Below are positions 37,323-45,973 of a stretch of DNA of 64,000 bases, in pieces. Positions within the stretch are counted from its first letter, which is position 1. Each line of letters starts with the position of its first letter. Under the pieces are notes generated by a model that made no database searches, was not told the origin of the DNA, and was given only the letters and a program-made list of their open reading frames with translations. Source of the stretch: a virus; the IMG/VR virus record IMGVR_UViG_3300046724_000152, positions 1 through 64,000 of that record. One strand, written 5' to 3'. Position numbers and translations under genes: made by a program.

Positions 37323-37666
37323 TTAAAAACCTTTCCTGGGATGTTTGCCTTCTTGAGCCTCCTGACCATATCGGCGGTGCCTGGACCGCCAGGAAAGGCG
37401 ACGTAGTAATCCGGCTTGCCTTCATCGATCATTCGCTGATTGCGAATGGGACCGGCCATTTTGCCCCAGTTGTCCCAGTCCGCTTCGAAGCTGGCGTGGT
37501 CTTTAAGGCCGCGCTGACGAGACCAGCAGCCGGACAAATAGTCAGCGCCGCCAGCGCCGCCTTCGATGATGCAAGTAATTGGAAAAATCTCGTGGATTTT
37601 ATCCAACTCCTGCCGCAGGAACTTGATGTCCGCAAACTTGCGGCCTCCGCAGACTAAAACTCTCAT
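37319..37666 (-). CDS. DUF2493 / YspA-type SLOG family protein
   Basis: MRVLVCGGR...IIEGGAGGAD...AGPIRNQRM...VAFPGGPGTADM. Confidence 0.85.
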   Translation of the reverse strand: MRVLVCGGRKFADIKFLRQELDKIHEIFPITCIIEGGAGGADYLSGCWSRQRGLKDHASFEADWDNWGKMAGPIRNQRMIDEGKPDYYVAFPGGPGTADMVRRLKKANIPGKVFK

Positions 37667-37723
37667 GGTGGCTCCTTCCTTCTCTACTTCTGTCCTCGAA
37701 GAGGACGGACAGAAGTAGAGAGT

Positions 37724-37751
37724 TTGCAGTGCATTTTCAGTGTGATAGAAT
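37724..37751 (+). promoter_or_regulatory. candidate promoter for terS (near-leaderless)
   Basis: TTGCAG-16 nt-TAGAAT with ATG 5 nt downstream and no SD. Confidence 0.45.
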
Positions 37752-37756
37752 GGGCT

Positions 37757-38317
37757 ATGGGACGAATGCTGAAGAATCCGCGCCAAGAGCGTTTCGTAAA
37801 GCTGTACCTGATGGAAATGGCCAACGGTGGCAGTGCCACGGCGGCCTATCGCAAGGTTTATACCAATGCCACGGGCTTCAATTGTGCTTCTGCTTCAGCA
37901 CATCAGTTGCTGAAGCTGCCGCACATCAAAAGCCGGATCATGGAAATGCGAATGGACATCAAGCGCAAGGCCGACATCACTTACGAGAAGATCCTGACTA
38001 ACTATGAGGAAGCTCTCAAGCTGGCCAAGGAAAAGGGCGATCCAGCCAATATTATTGCTGCGGCCAGAGAACAGGCCAAGCTCGTTGGCCTGATCATTGA
38101 TCGCAAGGAGGTTGGTGGTGCCGGTGATTTCGAGAACATGGAGAATATCTCGGAAATCCTCGAAGCGGTTGCCCAGCAGGTTGGTCCGGAGGCCGCTTTG
38201 GCTTTGTCCCAAGCCTTCAAACTGGTAAGCCCGACTGTGGTAACGGTAAAAGCCCCCGCTTCTGATGAAGCGGAGGCTCTATTCAAGGCCGAGACGCCAA
38301 CAGACTCGGTTAATTAG
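37757..38317 (+). CDS. terS: terminase small subunit
   Basis: LKNPRQERFVKLY...ATAAYRKVY...SAHQLLKLPHIKSRI...AKLVGL. Confidence 0.8.
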   Translation: MGRMLKNPRQERFVKLYLMEMANGGSATAAYRKVYTNATGFNCASASAHQLLKLPHIKSRIMEMRMDIKRKADITYEKILTNYEEALKLAKEKGDPANIIAAAREQAKLVGLIIDRKEVGGAGDFENMENISEILEAVAQQVGPEAALALSQAFKLVSPTVVTVKAPASDEAEALFKAETPTDSVN

Positions 38318-38319
38318 AT

Positions 38320-38523
38320 TTACTCGTCCTCCTCTGGAAACGTCGCATCCCATTCCTCCGGACTAATGCCGGTTAGAATGAACTCACGCTGGCTTGGGGT
38401 TAAATGCGGAAAGGCATCCTGGATCATGGCTCCCCGGTTGTAATTGCCGATTTGCTCGGCGGTGATCGGCAAGTCCATTTCATGGGACTTGCCGGTGAGC
38501 GGTGATTTGCGTTTGACCTTCAT
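38320..38523 (-). CDS. hypothetical phage protein
   Basis: IQDAFPHLTPSQREFILTGISPEEW motif. Confidence 0.75.
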   Translation of the reverse strand: MKVKRKSPLTGKSHEMDLPITAEQIGNYNRGAMIQDAFPHLTPSQREFILTGISPEEWDATFPEEDE

Positions 38524-38620
38524 GTGATTATCCCCAGAGGAAAGCCGCTATGAAGATCACAGCGGCTATATTGAAGGTGGTGGCGACGATGAACAGCATG
38601 TTGTCGTATTTCGATGGCAT

Positions 38621-38872
38621 TTAATCCTCCCCGTCTTTGATTTTGGTACGTTCCAGCATGGCCCAAGCCATAGCGATAACTCCATCGACATGGGCCATTT
38701 GCTTATTGGATAAGATCATTGGATGGGTATCCGCAGCTATTGCCAGAGCCGTCAGCATAACCACGAGTTCATCGTAGGTTGGTTTCATGCTAGCCTCCTG
38801 TTTTGCTGGATACTTGCGATTGAACTCTCGAACAAACGCTTGGATTTCAGGACCGCTTGGTTTTAAGGCCAT
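38621..38872 (-). CDS. hypothetical protein
   Basis: SD TGGAGA before MALKPSG. Confidence 0.5.
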   Translation of the reverse strand: MALKPSGPEIQAFVREFNRKYPAKQEASMKPTYDELVVMLTALAIAADTHPMILSNKQMAHVDGVIAMAWAMLERTKIKDGED

Positions 38873-39391
38873 CGTTGTTCTCCATTTGGTGGTGGTGGTG
38901 AGTTCGTAAGAACTCACTCACCAACACCACCAGTTTGTGGTGGATTGAGAGTTGTTTGAACTGGTGATTTGTGTTATCCCTCAATGGGATAGGCCTTCAG
39001 AAGTAGTAGGACAGCACCAGGATGAGGATGAACACCATCAGGGTGTAAGTGACGAAGTAGATCATGCGGGTCTCCATTGGTTACCAAACGGCAAAAGGCC
39101 CCGGAGCAAAAGCTCCGAGGCCTACGGTTGACAGTCTGATTAAGCCGCGAAGCGGCGATCCGCCCAGCGGTCAAGAGCAAGGAGGCCACTAGCCTCCTCA
39201 TCGTCCCAACAGTCTGGCTCAATGGCAGCCCGCCTTTGGGCCTTCAGATCGTTCAAGAAGGAGTAAACTTGGTCGGACAATAGTTCACCAATCTCAGCTT
39301 GTGTCATGATCGCGTCTTTCTTAGTGAATGAAGATCGTCTGATGGATGGAGAAGAAGCGAGGAGCTTTCGCTCCCCGCCATTTAGTTGCCC

Positions 39392-39787
39392 TTAGGCAAC
39401 AGCTTGGACAACGGGCTGTCCAGTAACGAGGCTGATGGGCTGATCTTTCTTAACCTGACCACTGTGAAACAGTGTGCCAACACCCTTAACGAAGATGCCA
39501 CGCTGTCCAGCTTGGACTCGCATACCCTTCGACAACCAGCCCTTGTAGGTAAGGCAATCAACCCGAGGAGTGACCAGAAAGCCCTGCTTTTTAAAGGCTT
39601 TCGCAACAGCAACGTCATTCTTAAGCTGACGATCACTGAAGCCACTGGTATTGCCCTTGGCAATGAACTTGGAAGCTGGCTTGTAGGTCGATACTGCCTT
39701 GTGAGTGGTCTGCTTCTTTGAGTTCAAAGCAGTAGCAACTGCGATTGCAATGGCAGTGGAAAGGGCTTGGATTTGGGCGTTTGTCAT
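39392..39787 (-). CDS. ArdC N-terminal-like protein, copy 2
   Basis: TYKGWLSKGMRVQAGQRGI...LFHSGQV; paralogue of 35808-36170. Confidence 0.65.
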   Translation of the reverse strand: MTNAQIQALSTAIAIAVATALNSKKQTTHKAVSTYKPASKFIAKGNTSGFSDRQLKNDVAVAKAFKKQGFLVTPRVDCLTYKGWLSKGMRVQAGQRGIFVKGVGTLFHSGQVKKDQPISLVTGQPVVQAVA

Positions 39788-40219
39788 TGTCAGTCTCCGT
39801 TTCGGTTGGCGAGCAGCTTAGCTCTCTGAGTAAGCTCTCAAAGCGAAGCAGAACGGAACGAAGTGAAGTGTAGAGCTTACGAAGAGAGCGAAGCGAGATG
39901 AGTGAAGACTAGATGCGCGAGGCATTTCAATCACTTAGCTCAACACCTCTGGTGTTGCACACTTGCCACACTGGGGGCTGCTGCCTCGCATCTCTCTTCA
40001 TTGATTGAGTTTAAGACGCGACCTGCCAAGCCATTGTAATCACTAGGCTACTTAGCCTAGTGAGGGCTGGCAGCGGCTGTTGGTCCTTAGCTTCTTTGTA
40101 AGGCAAAGCCTTACTGTAAGGGGAGCCGTACTAGGGGGTAGGGGGCTATTAGGAGGGGCGGCGGGTGCGATTTATATTTGTGTGCAGACAATCTTATGAG
40201 CAAAAAATCCATAGAAACA

Positions 40220-40264
40220 GTTAGACTAACAGACGGCCTCATGTTAGACTAACGCCATGTTAGA
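40220..40264. promoter_or_regulatory. repeated palindrome GTTAGACTAAC
   Basis: Exact copies at 40220-40230 and 40243-40253, half-site at 40259-40264. Confidence 0.65.
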
Positions 40265-40577
40265 TCCGCTTTGCAGGGACTGTAAGACTCGGCACCGATT
40301 GGGGGCTGAGTATTGTCCTTTGTATAAGGCTGAGAAGAAAACTGCGGAGAAAAAAATCAAGGAGAAGGCATGCTTGCCGAGTACGGCTTCTGTTTCAGGT
40401 TCCCCTGTCCTTGGTGCCAGGGAGAGCGATTCAGGATCAAGCGACCCGGTCTCCTCGTCCTTGTCAAGTGTCTTGAGTGCGGTGCGGTCCAAACGTGCTT
40501 CTACGGAGAGTTTCGACCGCAATGCATATCAGAGGGAGTACATGAGGAAGTACCGCAAACGTCAGAAGCAACCCTAG
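40257..40577 (+). CDS. small basic putative DNA-binding protein
   Basis: CRDC..RH...C N-terminus and FDRNAYQREYMRKYRKR C-terminus. Confidence 0.6.
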   Translation: MLDPLCRDCKTRHRLGAEYCPLYKAEKKTAEKKIKEKACLPSTASVSGSPVLGARESDSGSSDPVSSSLSSVLSAVRSKRASTESFDRNAYQREYMRKYRKRQKQP

Positions 40578-40587
40578 GAAGGCAATC

Positions 40588-40794
40588 ATGTCCAGCGAAG
40601 AAGAAGAGGCCGGAGCTACCCCTCATGAAAAACTTGGAGAGGATTTCTTCTATGCCGCCTGTGTCTGTGGCGGCACCACGTTCAGGATCAAGCTCTACCC
40701 ACCCCACAACAACAAGTACAGAGCCCACTGTATCACCTGCGGCAACGACTGGTCACAGTCGCCCGAGGCTGGAAGACCGTCTCAGAGCCACTAG
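40588..40794 (+). CDS. Zn-ribbon protein
   Basis: CVCG...CITCG; SD AGGAAGG. Confidence 0.5.
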   Translation: MSSEEEEAGATPHEKLGEDFFYAACVCGGTTFRIKLYPPHNNKYRAHCITCGNDWSQSPEAGRPSQSH

Positions 40795-41540
40795 GAGCGG
40801 TCATGAACCTTGAGGGAAGGCCTTATTTTTATGGCATTGGAATGCTGCCGGATGAAGGCTTTGGGTATGCCGCTGTGATTATAGCGGTGCTTTGTTATGC
40901 TCTGTTGGAGGCAGCCAGGGGAGCCATTGGCAAGCCTCCGCTCTGGTATCCGGTCTATCTCTGGTGGCGGAGCAGGCGTCGTGTCTAGGCCTTCGGTTCC
41001 CGAGGTGATCCAGTTCTATCTGCCCCGGACCCCGGAGGAGCGGTCGAGGTGGTCCGATCCCGGCAGGAAGGCCGAGGCCACCCTGCTGACCTGGATCCAC
41101 CGGATGCCCGACAACTTTGTCCTGGGTGCCGATGGCTACTGGTACTTCTATCCCGACATCGGGTTTCACATGAAACATCGAGCTGGAAAGAAAGGGTCCC
41201 ATCCCAATGGAGAAAAGGACGGGACCCCAGGCTGCTGAACTTAGGAGAATCAGCCCGCCTAATGTAGCAAAACCCGTGGCTGCTGGCTAGGCCGTTGTTC
41301 CCACAGGCCGAATTGTCTCCGACCTTGTAGTCGCTGATTCGCCCGAGGGTCTCCGAATGCACGGGATTGCACGGTGTCACCGTGCATTCCCGGTGATTGC
41401 AGGAAGCCGCATAACATGGGCCTTGCAGCGATTTCCGTGGATGGCGGTTTATGTTCGCTTGACCGCGATGTCTTTTCGGGACAGCTTCCATGGTGCTGCC
41501 GAATCAGAGCAGCGGACATGAACTTAGGAGACGTGGTAAA

Positions 41541-41990
41541 ATGGATATTATTGAGAAGGCTCAGGCGTTGCAGAATCTGGTGGCGGTTTATCGTGACCTT
41601 GGCGACATGGAGGCTTTGGATGCCATGTTGGCTGCGGTCAGGAAGGCCACCAGTGCAGAGCAGGAGGAGCAGGAGGAGCAGGCGGTTTCACGCGGGAGGC
41701 GGACTGGCATCAAGCGTGGACCTTACAAGACCAGCGGGATGCGGATGGCGCTGATGGGTTCCGGCGTGATCACGCTGGAGGACTTGGTGCCGCTGGTCGA
41801 GCAGCATCAGCATGTCCCGGGCCGCACTGTGGAGGCCAAGGGCGGCTGGCTGGCTGGCCAGATGCGCAAGAGCAAGCATGTCTACCGGGAGTGGCCGGAT
41901 GGCCGCTGGAGTCTGCGCAACGACAACTCTCCAGGACCGAAGGAAGTCCAGAAGGACGGACCCAACGGTTCGGCCCCGACCGGGAAGTAA
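41541..41990 (+). CDS. hypothetical protein, possible C-terminal winged helix
   Basis: SD AGGAG; ends DGRWSL. Confidence 0.55.
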   Translation: MDIIEKAQALQNLVAVYRDLGDMEALDAMLAAVRKATSAEQEEQEEQAVSRGRRTGIKRGPYKTSGMRMALMGSGVITLEDLVPLVEQHQHVPGRTVEAKGGWLAGQMRKSKHVYREWPDGRWSLRNDNSPGPKEVQKDGPNGSAPTGK

Positions 41991-42001
41991 CTGACAAAAA
42001 A

Positions 42002-42038
42002 CAGGGTCCCTGCCCACGGAGACAAGCAGGGACCCTGA
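42002..42038. terminator. hairpin between convergent transcription units
   Basis: CAGGGTCCCTGC...GCAGGGACCCTG preceded by an A-run (U-tract for the minus strand). Confidence 0.65.
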
Positions 42039-42086
42039 TGAGGATGCGTAGAGGGACGTTCAATCCAGCGAAGAGTCCGGATCGTA

Positions 42087-42392
42087 TCAGCACTCGGACT
42101 TGTTGGATACCCCCTGGGTCAGAACCCGGTTGATAACCTGACCGCCCTCGAAGCTGTCGAGATAGACGAACTTCTCGCCGTCATAGATCTTTCTGACAAC
42201 TCTGGTGTCAGTCATTGGATTGGCGTTATTCCGGTAGAGGTCCAGGGCGGTTTCCAAGGTGTCCATAATCTGCCCCAGGATGAACTTTGGCGGAGCCTCC
42301 GCTAGGGTAGTAGCTGCCACTTGTGCAGGTTTGGCAGCACTGGCGGCGACCGGAGCCCCGAGGATCAGGCCCAGCAGAGATCTGCGGTTCAT
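42087..42392 (-). CDS. small protein with twin-arginine-like signal peptide
   Basis: MNRRSLLGLILGAPVAASAA. Confidence 0.6.
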   Translation of the reverse strand: MNRRSLLGLILGAPVAASAAKPAQVAATTLAEAPPKFILGQIMDTLETALDLYRNNANPMTDTRVVRKIYDGEKFVYLDSFEGGQVINRVLTQGVSNKSEC

Positions 42393-42700
42393 GACGGCGT
42401 CACCGTTGTGACCGGCTTGTCCGGTGGCGGTAAGGGATAGGCCGCCGCTCGCTGAGCGAGGGCATCGACCTGGATCATGAACTGCTGGTCCATGTAGGCG
42501 CTGCTTTGCAGCGAGACCCTGGGAACCCAGGCCGTCATCGGTGCTTGTTTGTTTCTCCAGACTTTCAGCATCAGCGTGTCGAATGGATTGTCGACCTTGA
42601 TATCGGCAAGGAGGCTGAACTTGGCCGCCTCGGCGGTGACAATGGGCAGCAGGATCGCTTGGATCTGTTCGAGGCTCTGGCCTGGATCGAATGGGTTCAT
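42389..42700 (-). CDS. hypothetical protein
   Basis: ATGA-coupled to pseI. Confidence 0.6.
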   Translation of the reverse strand: MNPFDPGQSLEQIQAILLPIVTAEAAKFSLLADIKVDNPFDTLMLKVWRNKQAPMTAWVPRVSLQSSAYMDQQFMIQVDALAQRAAAYPLPPPDKPVTTVTPS

Positions 42701-43701
42701 TTCAGTGCATCTCCCCTGCGGTACTTCATCCCGGCCTTGCGGCCTATCAAGCTGGGCAACAGCTTGCATGGTAACCCATAGCCCGGTCGGATCGAACCGA
42801 TATTCTCCAGCGAGAACTTCTCGCCCTTCTTGATGTCCTGGATGGCATAGAGACTCCGCCTGACCTGCCGGGTCGGATTGCTGTCCATCTTGGTCGGCTG
42901 CATGGCGGCATAGGTCTGCCTGACCTGATTAACCATGTGGGCAAAATCCCGTGGTCCCATCGAGAACTCGTCGTCCTCGGACACCACGTCCGGCAGATGG
43001 CCGAAGTGCTTCTCGATGATGCAGGCCCCGACCGCTACTGCTGCAATTGGCGCAAGGCTTCCTTCAGAATGGTCCGACAGTCCGACAACAGATCGTGGAA
43101 GCAGTCGCTGCAAGTGTCGGATCCCGCCAAGGTTAGATGTTTCGATGGTTCCAGGATATTCCGACATACAGTGCAGAAACGCGGCTTTGCCTCCGGAAGC
43201 CTGATCCGCGTCTTTGATCTCCTGGTCATTGCCCATCCCTGTAGAAATGATCATCGGTTTGCCGGTCGAGGCGGCATATTCAATCAATGGAATATCCACC
43301 AGTTCCATCGAGGCGATCTTGTAAGCCGGACAGTTCAACTTTTCCAAATGATCGATAGCCGACATATCGAACACCGAACTGAAGATGGTAATCCCGGAAT
43401 CCTTGGCCACCCGGTACAGATCCGGATGCCAGTCGAATGGGGTATGCGCCTTCTTGTATAGCTCCCACAGGGTCCGGCCCTTCCACAGCCCCTCCTGCAC
43501 GATGAAGTCAGGCTTGTTCAGTTCGAGCGTAATGGTCTGCGGCTCATAGCACTGGGTCTTGATCGCCGAGGCCTTGGCTAATTTGGCCATCCGGATGATC
43601 TTCTTGGCGTTATCCAATGAGCCGCCATGGTTGCAGCTCATCTCGGCAATCACATAGGGCGGAAACTTCGGCCCGATATTGACCTTGTCGATCTTCATCA
43701 A
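42697..43701 (-). CDS. pseI: pseudaminic acid synthase (NeuB family with C-terminal SAF domain)
   Basis: IAEMSCNHGG, AHTPFDWH, YKIASME, IISTGM, GLSDHS, IEKH, RRSLY, IRPGYGL. Confidence 0.9.
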   Translation of the reverse strand: MMKIDKVNIGPKFPPYVIAEMSCNHGGSLDNAKKIIRMAKLAKASAIKTQCYEPQTITLELNKPDFIVQEGLWKGRTLWELYKKAHTPFDWHPDLYRVAKDSGITIFSSVFDMSAIDHLEKLNCPAYKIASMELVDIPLIEYAASTGKPMIISTGMGNDQEIKDADQASGGKAAFLHCMSEYPGTIETSNLGGIRHLQRLLPRSVVGLSDHSEGSLAPIAAVAVGACIIEKHFGHLPDVVSEDDEFSMGPRDFAHMVNQVRQTYAAMQPTKMDSNPTRQVRRSLYAIQDIKKGEKFSLENIGSIRPGYGLPCKLLPSLIGRKAGMKYRRGDALK

Positions 43702-43886
43702 TTCCCCTTCGGGTCATCTCTGAGCTTTATCAACTCGGCGATCACCGTATCGAGACTGCCTCGTGGAAGGACAATCTGTTTGACGAAGCAGTCGTCCTCG
43801 TCATAGGCGGCAAAGTGAATGCCGTCGCACTCATCGCAGGTGAAAATCTGGACACGAACACAGTCCTCATCGATTTGCAGGATCAT
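43698..43886 (-). CDS. small CxxC...H protein, paralogue A
   Basis: VQIFTCDECDGIHFAAYD. Confidence 0.6.
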   Translation of the reverse strand: MILQIDEDCVRVQIFTCDECDGIHFAAYDEDDCFVKQIVLPRGSLDTVIAELIKLRDDPKGN

Positions 43887-44087
43887 TCAATCCTCCTTTA
43901 GATTCAATTGATCCCGGATCTTCATCATCTCGACAATGACAGCGTTAAGATCGTCCCGTCGAATCAAGGCCTGTCCTCGCAGGGTCTCATCCGGTGCATA
44001 CATGGCGACGTGGATATCGGCGCAACTGTCGCACAGGAATACCGTGATATGACAGTCGTTGGCTTTAGCTTTGAATGGAATGTCCAT
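43887..44087 (-). CDS. small CxxC...H protein, paralogue B
   Basis: ITVFLCDSCADIHVAMYA. Confidence 0.6.
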   Translation of the reverse strand: MDIPFKAKANDCHITVFLCDSCADIHVAMYAPDETLRGQALIRRDDLNAVIVEMMKIRDQLNLKED

Positions 44088-44362
44088 CAGCCCTCCTTCA
44101 GCGCGGCATCGATCATGTCCATCCACCGCTCCGCCGTCATGTCATGCTCGTAGGTGTCGTTGCCCGCCAGCAGCATCTCTTCGGTTGGCACCCGCATCTC
44201 GAACAGGCAGGCCCTGGCGATCATCTTGACCCGGCCCTGGTCCAGGAAGTCCAGTTCTTCGTATCTGGGTGCCCCCTCCGGAGCGTTGACCTTCCAGATG
44301 GCCATTGCCACCCGCTCGATCATGGTCGGTTCCACTGGTTCGTCCATCTTTCCTCCAGTCAT
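44087..44362 (-). CDS. hypothetical phage protein
   Basis: MIERVAMAI...MRVPTEEMLLAG...WMDMIDAAL. Confidence 0.65.
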   Translation of the reverse strand: MTGGKMDEPVEPTMIERVAMAIWKVNAPEGAPRYEELDFLDQGRVKMIARACLFEMRVPTEEMLLAGNDTYEHDMTAERWMDMIDAALKEG

Positions 44363-44828
44363 CGATGTTGAACTTGCTCATGCCGATCAGCCGTTCCTGC
44401 GGCACCCACCAGCCCGACGAGTCGTTCTTCTTGTCGTAGGTCCAGAACTCGTGGCGCATGGTATCCTTCAGCATCATCCACCCGGCGATGACGAAGGTAA
44501 AACCGCGCCGTGGCGTGATCACCAGGACATAGGGCCGCTCCATGTCGGTATCGCTGGGATTGGTGATCAGATGGCCGCTTGCCACGGGCGTCGAGCGGAT
44601 CTGCACCCCGAGAACATCCGGAGCCTTGTAGCTGCCGTTGGTCGGCTGCCAATAGACGCCATACTGCTTGGCCAGCATCTGCTCGGCATTAGCTCCGTCG
44701 ATGTCACAGGACCAGTCGGACTTGGCGGCTTCGAGCCGGTTTGGCGAGCCACGCTCCAGCGAAGCGATACGGCGGTCAACACCACAGATGGCTCCGATCC
44801 GCAGTTCTGTCGGTGTGGCATCGATCAT
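44142..44828 (-). CDS. hypothetical protein, possible PD-(D/E)xK-like fold
   Basis: GANAEQMLAK...PDVLGVQIRST...YVLV. Confidence 0.5.
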   Translation of the reverse strand: MIDATPTELRIGAICGVDRRIASLERGSPNRLEAAKSDWSCDIDGANAEQMLAKQYGVYWQPTNGSYKAPDVLGVQIRSTPVASGHLITNPSDTDMERPYVLVITPRRGFTFVIAGWMMLKDTMRHEFWTYDKKNDSSGWWVPQERLIGMSKFNIDDWRKDGRTSGTDHDRAGGNGHLEGQRSGGGTQIRRTGLPGPGPGQDDRQGLPVRDAGANRRDAAGGQRHLRA

Positions 44829-44842
44829 GATCCTGTCTTCGG

Positions 44843-45973
44843 TCACTGGAGCGAGTCCCCTACTTCCTTGAAGATCTGACGCATGATCTTTCGCTGCTTC
44901 CTGTTGGGCGAATACGAGCAGACCTCGAAGGTCATCAGGTCGCAATCCTCCAGCGTTTCCGCTATTGGATGCACATCTGGCATGTTGAACACCCGATGTA
45001 GTGGCGGTGCGTAGCCCTCACGCAACGGCAGACCGAAGCTGTTGATGCGGGCAACGAACTGCCGACGATCCCAATGCCAGATCTTGGCGGCCCAGATGTA
45101 ATAGACATGATGGCAACCGTCCCGCTCGACCGGCGGATGGATGTTCGGATAGTCGAACACCATGTCGGTCAGCTCTAACGCCAGCTCCCTGCGATTCTCG
45201 ATGATACCCGGACCTTTGCTCAACTGCGCCGAGGCCAGAGCCGCAATCGGCTCCGTCATTCTGAGGTTCAGACCCATGATCCCAGGCCGCAGCTCGCCGT
45301 GATTGACGGCATCTCTTACCTTGAGGGCGAGGTCGTCGTCGTCGCTGACGACGATTCCTCCTTCCCCAGTCTGGAGATGTTTATGAATGTTAAGGCTAAA
45401 CACACCAAGATGGCCGACAGTGCCAGCGTAATGATCACCGACTTTGGCAAACGGACTCTGCGCATTGTCTTCGATCATCCAGACTTTGTTGTGGTCACAC
45501 CAACGTCTTATCTCTTCGAGATAAGCCGGATGACCGAACAGGTTGGTGACGATAACAGCTTTTGGCTTTCCCTTCGAACCGCCGATCTGCTTAAGATCCA
45601 TGGAGAATGTAACAGGCTCGATATCGATGAATTCTACATTTGCTCCAAGGATTTTAGCGCAGGATGCCGTGGCACTCATGGTGGTGGCAGGGCACCAGAC
45701 CCTATCTCCGGGCCCAATGCCGACCGCCATGCATGCCGCCATCAACCCCGATGTGGCAGAATTACAGGGCACGGCATGTCGTACACCGAACGTAGATTGC
45801 CACTCGTCTGCGAGGCGCTGAACCCAATAGCCACCAGCATGATGACCACCAAGATAACCACTAAAAGGACGGCCCAAGGTCGATAGTACATAGCTCCTCT
45901 CCAGCCAGTTGCGGGTCTCGAACGGCTTCAGCACCCCAAGCTTGCTCTTCAACTTCGGCCCTAGTTTGTGCAT
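44843..45973 (-). CDS. DegT/DnrJ/EryC1/StrS aminotransferase (PseC-like)
   Basis: NSATSGL, IEDNAQS, FSLNIHKHLQTGEGG (PLP lysine), GLNLRMTE. Confidence 0.88.
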   Translation of the reverse strand: MHKLGPKLKSKLGVLKPFETRNWLERSYVLSTLGRPFSGYLGGHHAGGYWVQRLADEWQSTFGVRHAVPCNSATSGLMAACMAVGIGPGDRVWCPATTMSATASCAKILGANVEFIDIEPVTFSMDLKQIGGSKGKPKAVIVTNLFGHPAYLEEIRRWCDHNKVWMIEDNAQSPFAKVGDHYAGTVGHLGVFSLNIHKHLQTGEGGIVVSDDDDLALKVRDAVNHGELRPGIMGLNLRMTEPIAALASAQLSKGPGIIENRRELALELTDMVFDYPNIHPPVERDGCHHVYYIWAAKIWHWDRRQFVARINSFGLPLREGYAPPLHRVFNMPDVHPIAETLEDCDLMTFEVCSYSPNRKQRKIMRQIFKEVGDSLQ

